The position numbers and the translations under genes were made by a program. DNA of 64,000 nucleotides from Felis catus (lineage: Eukaryota). Where the stretch lies: the NCBI RefSeq assembly GCF_018350175.1, contig NC_058375.1, forward strand, positions 6,014,001-6,078,000. The letters run 5' to 3'. Below the pieces are notes generated by a model. That model had not been told where the DNA came from, made no database searches, and saw only the letters and a program-made list of their open reading frames with translations. Of this stretch, positions 54,050 through 64,000 are shown piece after piece. Position 1 is the stretch's first letter; every line of letters begins with the position of its first letter.

Positions 54050-54900
54050 CAGAAAGGGCTAAAATCCAAAATAATGACAACACCAAATGCTAGCAAGGAT
54101 GCGGAGCAACAGGAACTCTCCTTCACTGCTGCTGGGAAGCAAAACGGTACAGAACCTTTGGAAGACAGTATAGCAATTTCTTACACACCTACACATACTG
54201 TTACCCATACGATCAGAAATCACATTCTTTGGTATTTATCCAATGCACTGTAAACTTATCTCCACACAAAACCTGCACAAAAATGTTTATAACACCTTTA
54301 TTCATAATTGACAACACCTGGAACAAAGATGTACTTCAACAGGTGAATGGATAAAATGTAGTACATTCAGACAATGGAATATTGTCAGTGATAAAAAGAA
54401 TGAAGCTATCAAGGCACAAAGCAACATTGAGGACTCTTAAATGCTTATTGCTAAGCAAAAGAAGCCAATCTAAAAGGCTCCATACTCTATGATTCCAACT
54501 ATATGGCATCTGGAAGGGGCAAAATTATGGAGACAATAAATATATATCAGTGGTTGCAAGGGGCTTGGAGAGAGAGGGAGGGAGGGACAATGAGGTGGAG
54601 CATAAGGTGTATTTAGAGCAATGAAACTACTCTGTGATACTGTAATGGTAGATAGATTATGAAACATTTGTCAAAATCCACAGGATGTACAACTCGAAGA
54701 CTGAACCCTAATATAAACTATAGACCTTAGTTTAATAAGAAGTTATCAACACTGGTTCACCAACCATAATAATGTACCACACCAATGCAAAATGTTCGTA
54801 ATAGGGGAAATTGAATGGGAGGGAGCATATGAGAACTCGCTGTACTTTCCACTCAATTCTCCCATAAACTAAAAACTATTCTAAAAAATAAAGTCTATTA
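54050..54900 (+). mobile_element. LINE-1 3' fragment (L1MC-like)
   Basis: CAACACCAAATGCT...GGAGCAACAGGAACTCTC; GAAGCCAATCTAAAAGGCT; ends CTAAAAAATAAAGTCTATT. Confidence 0.85.
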
Positions 54901-55405
54901 ATTGAATTTATTAAATAGCGGCTTTAATTCTTTTAATGTTTTAATGTATCACATACAATAAAATTACTCATTCAGTAACAAATGTTTATGCAATCAACCC
55001 AAACCTGTTGAGAAAACTGAAAATAACTATCGAAAAAAGCCAAACTGCTTTGGACATTTGTTCAGCACTTTTTAGTATTCCTTTCCATTCAAAGATCAAA
55101 ACGTAAATTGCTTCTGTCCCCGACATACTTGAGAGTGAATACTAATTTATATACTTCTTTCCATGGACATCTAACATGTTTTTAAAAAACAAAAAAGGTG
55201 AACATCCCACGACTGAGTATTCCCTTACCTATTCAGTGTGCGAATTACGTTCTGCAGAAAGAGCACAGCCTATGAAAGAAGAGACTGCCTGGGCAGATGA
55301 TCAAAGAAGAGGGGATAAATAAGGGGGGAATTAAAAAACAAAAGGAAGAATATATACACAGGTAAAAACTCTTCAACCTAACTTTCCTAATTATTAAAAT
55401 ATCCA

Positions 55406-55622
55406 GGGGCACTTGGGTGGCTCAGTCAGTTAAGCGTCTGACTTCAGCTCAGGTCACGATCTCACAGTTCACGAATTCAAGCCCCATGTCAGGCTCTGTG
55501 CTGATAGCTCAGAGCCTGGAGCCTGCTTTGGATTCTGTGTCTCCCTCTCTCTCTGCCTTTCCTTTGCTTGCTCTCTGTCTCTCTCTCTCTCAAAAATAAA
55601 AAAACATTAAAAAAAATTTTTT
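55406..55622 (+). mobile_element. CanSINE
   Basis: Forward copy; TSD AAATATCCA. Confidence 0.93.
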
Positions 55623-56213
55623 AAATATCCACACACACAAAAAAAGACAAAAGAATGAAATATCTAAAACCAAAACTAGAAAAATAATTGTTCAAAAGGT
55701 TCAAACTAGATATGTTTTTCTATGAAGTTTTAGTCAGTTAATAAATAAATGTGTGTGCCTTTCTTACCAGCCCTGTCACATATTTAAAATTCCTAGATAA
55801 ATTCAAACTATTTTCCTCTGTTTTACATTTAATTTATGCATTACTAAGCAAATAAATAATAGTATGTATGGTCAAAAAATTTAAGATTTAGTAATTTATG
55901 TCCTTCCAAAAGAACATTTACTAAATCTCTGTAAGAGAAAAAAAAAAAAAAAAAAAAAGCCTTTATCCTGGGGAGTAGACTTGAGTATTGAAGGGCTTTT
56001 TTGTTGTTGTTGTATTTGTTGGTAATTCCAAAAAATACAAAAAGTTCTCTATGTAACGTTATATATGTGTAAGATATCAACTCAATATATTTAACACTTT
56101 AAAAACATTTAAGAAGACAGAAGAATAGTAAAACAACAAAAACATATTTTAAAGATAATCAAGAGCCGTTCTCCAATCTGGCTCCTAAGAGATCACATTA
56201 AAAGATTCTGGTT

Positions 56214-56423
56214 GGGGCACGTGGGTGGCTCGGTAGGTTAAGCGTCCGTGGCTCAGGTCATGATTTCGCGGTTCCTGCGTTCAAGCCCGGTGTTGGGCTC
56301 TGGTGCTGACAGCTCGGAGCCTGGATCCTGCTTCGGATTCTGTGTCTCCCTCTCTCTCTGCCCTTCCCCCCCTCACGCTCTCTCTCTCAAACACTAAATA
56401 AACACTAAAAAAAAATCTTTTTT
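56214..56423 (+). mobile_element. CanSINE
   Basis: Forward copy; TSD ATTCTGGTT. Confidence 0.92.
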
Positions 56424-58016
56424 AATTCTGGTTATCTGCCTCTGTATATGAGCACTCTGGTTGTTTATGCAACACACAAGCTGCCCCAAATAAGAAATCC
56501 TGAAGGCAAAGCAAAAGGAAGTAAGTAATTTCAACTGGCATTTACGAAAGGCATACAAGTGAAGTCACTCCTGCTGCTGAGGTTCCAAACCAGCAGAGAC
56601 TTGAATATACCACTGTTTCCAACCAGCTATTTTTAAATTATTAGTAGATAATCTGGTGAGCTTGCAGTAAATACAGCTGTGAACACAGCAGCACACACCA
56701 TCTGGAGGCTTTTGACTTAAACAATCTTTCAGATGCACAGTATATTCACGCTATTTTGTTCCTTTGAAGCTCAGTCATATATAAACTGACCCTTTTTTTA
56801 AAACCACAACTACAAAAGCTCATTCAGTTTATGGAAAACAAGACAAGAGAAACAGATCTAATTGTTCAATTTTGGAACCAAGTGATTATTTCAAATCTTT
56901 GCTGGCATAAATACTTTAAATTTTGTAAAGAATTTCCCATCCTTTAAAGAGTTTTTAACTCTTCCTAGGTACTTCTAACTAATCCTCTGAAATTAAGATG
57001 TTTTCTACTTTCTAAAGTGATTCACATCCATTACCTCATTTTATCCCCAAACCTGACTACAACTGTCATATTAATCATCATAAAATCCTACCTACAGAAA
57101 GCCACTGCCATTAACCTCTTTAAAACATCAACCAATGACTGTGATTAACCTGCGGCCTCTTCCAGCCACCTCTGGCACTTCCTTCTCTCACTGCCAAACG
57201 CCTCCACATTTTCTGAGCAAAGGCAAACTAGTTTCACTTCAACACTGGCCATCCTCTCTACCTCCTGGGCGTTCTGCTGTCACCAAACTGTCAAAGGTTC
57301 CACTGACTCCTGCATAGTTTTCTTGGTTCTCATTCTCTAGTCCAGGACCTAGAACACGCACGTGTCCTGTCACCACCCACTTAGAAGCGCTTTTCGTCTG
57401 TACCTTTCAGACCTCCTTCTCTCAAATTGTTCTTCCATTTCTTCCTCTTGCCAGCACGTTGGCTTTTCTTTTCTAATAACTATACGTACACGCATGACCT
57501 CAGCACTAGCTCCTATGTGAGATTCAGTGAGTGCTCTCTGGTTTGCATAAATACACCTCAAAGCCATGTGAGCCACATCTGTGGGGGAGAGGGCCAGGGA
57601 GGCCCTTTTACAAAGGTCACCTCTCCTAGGATGAGAGTTGGTCAAATTAAGAATAGAGTCAGGGTTTGGCTTGGAATCCTGGCCTCCCCACGCACTAGCT
57701 GAGAGGCATTGGTCAAACTGCTTAATCTCTCAACTTCAGCTACCTAGTATACACCTAAGAGGAATTTAAACCTGCGAAGATTAAATACTGTATGCAAAGG
57801 CAGAACAATACTAAGGAAATGAAGTTATTATTCATAATTCCATCATCTAAAGATTAGCACTGTTATCATTTGGTCTATCTGTTTCTAACCTTTTTCCTTA
57901 ACCTCTGTGAATATATTTGGCTGTGCACATAGTTTGGAATCACGATGCATAAACAGTTTGGCTTCTATGGCTTTCTACAGGGATTTACATTAAGGCTTTT
58001 TCATATCATGATGATG

Positions 58017-58515
58017 TTTTTTTAATTTTAGAGAGAGTGAGCAAGTGGGGGAGGGGGCNNNNNNNNNNNNNNNNNNNNNNNNNNNNNNNNNNNNNNNNNN
58101 NNNNNNNNNNNNNNNNNNNNNNNNNNNNNNNNNNNNNNNNNNNNNNNNNNNNNNNNNNNNNNNNNNNNNNNNNNNNNNNNNNNNNNNNNNNNNNNNNNNN
58201 NNNNNNNNNNNNNNNNNNNNNNNNNNNNNNNNNNNNNNNNNNNNNNNNNNNNNNNNNNNNNNNNNNNNNNNNNNNNNNNNNNNNNNNNNNNNNNNNNNNN
58301 NNNNNNNNNNNNNNNNNNNNNNNNNNNNNNNNNNNNNNNNNNNNNNNNNNNNNNNNNNNNNNNNNNNNNNNNNNNNNNNNNNNNNNNNNNNNNNNNNNNN
58401 NNNNNNNNNNNNNNNNNNNNNNNNNNNNNNNNNNNNNNNNNNNNNNNNNNNNCACTCTCAGGACCCTGGGGTCATGACCTGAGCCAAAATCAAGAGTCGG
58501 ATGCTCAACTAATGG
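58017..58515 (-). mobile_element. CanSINE(s) spanning an assembly gap
   Basis: Tail and GA tract left of the gap; TCATGACCTGAGCCAAAATCAAGAGTCGGATGCTCAAC right of the gap. Confidence 0.75.
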
Positions 58516-58919
58516 TTGCATAATATTTCCTTTTATGAATGGGCATAAGTCAACATTCCTCTTCTACTGTTGAACACTTAAACTGACAAATCACAATCTT
58601 TAAAGTTTTTGCTGTCCCATTTTTTTTTCTTTACCAAAAAAAGTCTGTTCTGCCTTTATTCCACCTGCAAGCTAATAACACCATCTAGTTGTATGAGACA
58701 CATTTTATCAAGAAAGAAAACTGGTGCTTTAAAGGGTGATGTTAAACTTCCCATATTCAGCTTCTAAAAATCACTACCATGACCAAAAGTTCTATCTTTG
58801 CACGGAATCCTCATGTTCCCTTTAATTTGTATTGTCTTCCTCCATTGGAATGTAAGTGCTCTAAGGGGCTTCGTTCTTTTTTTGTTTAGCAACTAAAACA
58901 GTACCTAGAGCAGAATTAG

Positions 58920-59115
58920 TGCTCACTATATTAATTATTAGCTGTTATTATGTGCCAGGCATATTCCTAAGAATTTTGCACAACCCTCTGAAGTAGACTG
59001 ATCATTTTCCTCCTGGTCACAAAGAGGCTAAGTAACATATTATATAAGTCTCACAGTGAGTAAGCAGTAAAGCTAGGAACTGAACTCAGGCAGCCCAGCT
59101 ATTAACCACCACGCT
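58920..59115. mobile_element. MIR relic
   Basis: TATGTGCCAGGCA...CAACCCTCTGAAGTAG...GAGGCTAAGTAAC...CACAG...GAACTCAGGCAG. Confidence 0.65.
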
Positions 59116-62100
59116 GTACTCAAAAAAAATTGATTCATCAGACCAGCAGAGCTCCACGTATAACATTAAACATTGAGTACAACTACGCTTTTTCTGCTAA
59201 TTAAATGCCAACATTATTGTTTTATTTCCATTACAAATATGTATCAACTATATCAAGGATTTTTGAACAGATTTTGGAGGGCACTTCTACGACCCTAATC
59301 ACCATTAATAAATTTGGATTCAAAAAATATGGTCTAAAAAAAAAATGAATTTACGAATGAACTTTTGAAATAACCTGTTTAGATCTAGGACACTTCCATT
59401 TTTCCCTGGATTCGGCAGTTGCTGTTGTCAATCTAAATGTTTTCATTTCTTTTAATTAAAGAAAACATTTTCTAGATAGGCTAACTGAAATTAGACATTT
59501 TTTAGAAAATGCTGCACGCTCTTTCCTCATTCCAGGTAATTTTGAGAAGGACCCATTTCTCCAAAGGGTTAAAAAATACTTCCGCCTACGCCAACCTCCC
59601 TTCCCCAGCTCCAGCAGTCCTCCCAACAACACATCTCCTTGTTCCACTATCAGTAACTGGGGCTCTGGAAAAGGCTCTATGTATAAACAGATTTCAGTCC
59701 ATTTTGTTTGTGGCTTTTGCTCCTTTTTAAGAAACACAGGGAACAGTCTTAGAAGCCTGTGATGGTGAGTGTTTCCTCAAGACAGAGGCAGACAGTAAGG
59801 AGACCAGACTACTGAGAAAAAAAATGTGTCATGCACATCAAAATCTATTTTATGGCCAGAAAAGGCTGGCTTTGTCACAGTCCTATATTCTAACACTCAA
59901 AGCTACTCAATCTGAAATAATTACCAATAACGTGGAGCCAAAAACTCATTTTAAAATTTAAAGGTGGTCACACGTGTCCCTGGACAGACATTTCTAAACC
60001 CTTCTATTAATTACCCAGTCCTTGGCCAAGCTGCTGTTAGTCAATGGCTCTCTCAGTCCTTTGGTTACAATGTAAGAAGAGGTAAGAGACAGGGAGAAAC
60101 AGTTTAGCCGTGTTATTACTGTTTTACAAACTAACCCCAGAATAGCAAATAAAAACCAGGTAGGGGTGGGTGGGTGTGGGGGGGGGGGGTGGAGAAAGAG
60201 AGCGAGACAGAGTTTCAAATACTGGCTTCCTACGTCATTTTAAAATGGATGGTTCCACTGGCCACTCAGACTACACAATTGCAAACAAAACCCTCTGACC
60301 TTGGAAAAGAATAGTAAATGTCATACCTACTAATAAATTACATGTTTTACCAATTTCCTCAAAACCAAAAATAGATCTCCAACAAGCAAACTATTTCATG
60401 AGTAAACAAAAGCCTGTCTTGTTCTATCATTTGCTTAAAAGCAAGCATAGTGGCAATGGGAGAGGGATTAAGGAACACAGCCAGACAAGTCCATAAAACT
60501 AAAACCTCCAGTGTAAGATAAAACCACCCTGAAGGGGCGGCCAATGATTTCTGACCTAACAGCTGTACACAGTTGCAGTAATTGAAACGAAAAGCTAGTC
60601 TGCATAATACACAGGCAATTCCCTGACCCTTACTGACAGGGTGACACTCTTCACCTCCCCCATACACAATGTAAACAATGAACTGGCACACAGCTGAAGT
60701 TACCTGAATCTGGAATATGTATACATTCAAGCATTTCAGAAATAATCACAACCACGCGGACTGGAACGTATCCTATAGGAACACTGGCTATAAAAAAAAA
60801 AAAAACATACACACACAAAGGAAGTGGTACATACATTACGTCAGCTCTCGCCTCAATTCATAAATACAAAACCACAAAAAAACAAGACAAAAATTTAAAT
60901 AGCCTCTTTCTGGAACCCTTCCTACAGTGAATGAATGTAGGTTAAGTCTTTAAATAAGTCACTGAACACTACATTGATGCATCGCCTTCAACAGCCAGGG
61001 GAAGGAAAAGTGTAACCTTAGTCAATTCTATCACGCAACCAGATCAAATAACATTTCAAGCGCCGCCTGCCAAGCGCCAGGGCCTGCCAGAGTACAATGA
61101 GCACTCAAGTGCTCTGGCCTGAAAACCACCTTTCACTGGTCCCAGAGATCTTCATAAAATACTTTAAACACTACTAAATTACAGAGTTGAAAAAAAACAA
61201 ATACAAGCTTCTAACTGCTGCTCCCACACTATTGTGAAGTTTCTGTTAAGTCTCTAAAATGTCTGCCTTGTGTTATTTTATTAGGCAATGTAAATATTCA
61301 GAAAGGCAAGTGCCTCTTAGAGCTCAAATCTAACACATGCATGAAAATGTGGACTTGGTTGTGCATCTGGAAATAATTGCCCACAGATCAACAGGCTTAC
61401 ATGGGATATTGTTCCCATCTGTAAGGTTTCAAATCATGTCTACTTTAAATGTGGAGTTCCTAGCTAGAAATACAGAGGAAGGGAGGGAGGGGAAGGGGGG
61501 GAAGGGGGGGNNNNNNNNNNNNNNNNNNNNNNNNNNNNNNNNNNNNNNNNNNNNNNNNNNNNNNNNNNNNNNNNNNNNNNNNNNNNNNNNNNNNNNNNNN
61601 NNNNNNNNNNNNNNNNNNNNNNNNNNNNNNNNNNNNNNNNNNNNNNNNNNNNNTTTTGGCCCAGAATTTTATGGACTTTGTAAACTCTGTCCTGAAACGT
61701 TAATTCAGGGTCTCAATCTTAAAGCACACAAAGACAATTTCAAAGGGAAAAATTAATTTCTGTTGACCCCCCACATTAATTCACATACCATTTTTTTTTT
61801 AATTTCCGTATGGCTGAGAGGAGGCCTCCGGCCAAACAATGCCCCAAGGAGAGCAGGCACACGTGCCCCAGGAAAGCCTAAAAACTGAGAGTAAGACAAA
61901 GTAACACAAGTCTCAGCAAACAGAAAGTGGTCAAGCAGGTCTCCCCAGAGCTTCCAGGAGAGCCAAGTAAACAAGGGGAAGGGGCGGGAAGCCAGCTCCT
62001 CAAACCGAAACAATTTTAACAATTTAAATTTAAAGCCATCTTTTTCAAAACTATCTCTGCATTTTAGCTAGTCTGGCAAAACGTTAGTGTTCTGGTCCCA

Positions 62101-62499
62101 GAAACAAATTGTATTTGTCATTTATGTAGCCCAAAATTATTTATAATCAGGTCCATCAAATTCATTATATTTTTACACTGAAAATTACTCCACAAGTTTC
62201 TCATCAGTGACTACTGGGTAACACTTTGCTCATCTTCAATAACACTTTCCTCACAGAAAAGACAAAAACATACACACACAGACACGTCTTTTTAAAATAG
62301 TGTTTTCTCTGCCCTAAATGGTGTTTCTCAATTGGTTTATTTAATTGGGATCTCTAGAGTTTCGGCGATTAAAAAAACCAGTAAGCCCAACAAAAATGCC
62401 ATGGGACACAGCAAATACCGATTCCTGATTCCTGGAAAGCCATCATCATTCTTAACACCGGAGTGGTTCATCTTTGCAGGGTTAGCTACAACACTCTCG

Positions 62500-63142
62500 G
62501 TACACCCACCTCCGAGAGCCCCTGTGCCCACACTTGTCCAACTTCCTGGCCCGCGACCCGCGTCCCCCTTGCAGCACGAGGAGCTGGCCACTTGCCTGCG
62601 GCCGGTCTCGGCAGGAGCTGAGCCCGCAGGCCTCGTCCTCCTCCGGCGCAGGGCCCCCGCAAACTCAGGCCCGCGGGCAGGGGCGGGGCGGGCAGGGACT
62701 CGGGGCGTGAAATGCACTTGCTAAACAAAAGGAGGCCCAGGCGGTGTCAGGACAGCGCGGCACGGGCTCATTTCCCCCCAGCTTGGTGGCTCCGGGAGGT
62801 GGCCGCACGGGGCCCCGCCCGCGGCTGGGGGGATGCGGCCGCTGCTCCGGCTCGCGATCCTTCAGGCCTGGCGGCTGGGCCAACACTGCCACATGCCAGT
62901 GACCCAGACGCCGGGAGAGAAAGAGCAGCCACCCCGCGGAGGCAGCGGCGGCGGCGGCGGCAGGAAAAACCCGAGCTGGATCCCGGACTGCTCCGCGCGC
63001 ACCCTTGCCTGCTGCTGCCGCCGCCGCGGGCGCGGGCGCGCGCACACACAAAAGCCACCGACTGCAATTTTCTCTCCTTCCTAGCTTGGCCAGCCTCCCT
63101 TCTCCGCTCGTCCCCCGCCCCTCCCGACAGCCGGAACTGGGA
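62500..63142 (-). promoter_or_regulatory. CpG island; probable alternative RERE promoter / non-coding first exon
   Basis: Abrupt GC- and CpG-rich tract with GC boxes (GGGGCGGGGCGGG near 62680; CCCCGCCC near 62813 and 63113), GGC and GCC triplet runs, GCGCGCGC near 63036 and ETS-like CCGGAA at 63131. Truncated by an N-gap. Direction is inferred from RERE. Confidence 0.8.
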
Positions 63143-64000
63143 NNNNNNNNNNNNNNNNNNNNNNNNNNNNNNNNNNNNNNNNNNNNNNNNNNNNNNNNNN
63201 NNNNNNNNNNNNNNNNNNNNNNNNNNNNNNNNNNNNNNNNNNNNNNNNNNNNNNNNNNNNNNNNNNNNNNNNNNNNNNNNNNNNNNNNNNNNNNNNNNNN
63301 NNNNNNNNNNNNNNNNNNNNNNGAAATAACCAACAATCATAGGCATGCAGAACATTTGTTTCAAAGATGCACAGGAGAAAGAAGCATTGTTTGGTGTCAA
63401 CATTTCTGACCCCAATTTTCCTTACAGGCTTTAGGAATTCTAAGTCATTTGTTTAAAACTCTCTTCTCTCCAATCCTTTTACACCAAGAAAACAAAGTTC
63501 CCTCTGCTAGACAAGGCATTTCTTCAATTAGGCTTGACTGAAATCCACCTAATAAGGAAGCAAAACAAATGCATATTCTTGGCCATGTGGCCTTAAATAA
63601 ACGTATATAACCCACCCCAGATGCCTCATTAATTCCATTGTTATGTGCATCTAAACAGAATTACCCACTGTTAATTTCAAGTTAGTTTCCTCCCCACTCC
63701 TAATCTGGTAAACATACACCTTCCTTCTAAAATTTATTAACATTAAACTACATTTATGCTAGTTAATGGTCAAGACCATTTTTGTCTCAAATAAGACAGT
63801 CCATAGCAAATTCTTAAAAACACGTTCCCACAGCATATGAATTTAAAGTATTAAAAGTATTAAACTCACTGTCAACCCAAATTTGCAAGTTAGAAGCTCA
63901 AAATTTAAAATGATCTCTTTGGGTATCTTTAATAGTATACCTTTTGCCTTCCAGGCAAGTTTCACTGGAATCTGAAATAGCTTCCTAAAGGTTATTTGAC

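Noticed and set aside
61056-61078. CTCF-like motif (TTGGCAGGCGGCGCT on the minus strand)
   Set aside because: Lacks the conserved CC at the motif 5' end; not supportable without ChIP data.
62332-63415. Several long overlapping ORFs (120-220 aa)
   Set aside because: Expected in stop-poor GC-rich CpG-island DNA, partly inflated by Ns; no recognisable protein.

Overview
Mammalian (felid-type carnivore) genomic DNA, judged from about 33 tRNA-Lys-derived CanSINEs of cat-like (SINEC_Fc) structure. The window lies in the 5' part of RERE (atrophin-2), which is transcribed on the minus strand. Only one coding exon is present: the start-codon exon, 20716 to 20248 (469 nt), whose ATG and DK/RE dipeptide run fall in an assembly gap. 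A CpG island at about 62.5-63.15 kb is a likely alternative RERE promoter or first exon. The rest is intron containing CanSINEs, L1 3' fragments, L2/MIR relics, MaLR LTRs, hAT MITEs, one well-preserved ERV solo LTR, microsatellites and five N-gaps. I see no convincing new multi-gene system. The best leads are RNA-level: a back-splicing-prone AUG exon bracketed by inverted SINEs, a structured CpG-island exon with a possible GC-AG donor, and an antisense solo LTR. Several retroposon junctions also carry odd filler DNA. Repeat boundaries and family names were assigned by eye and are approximate.
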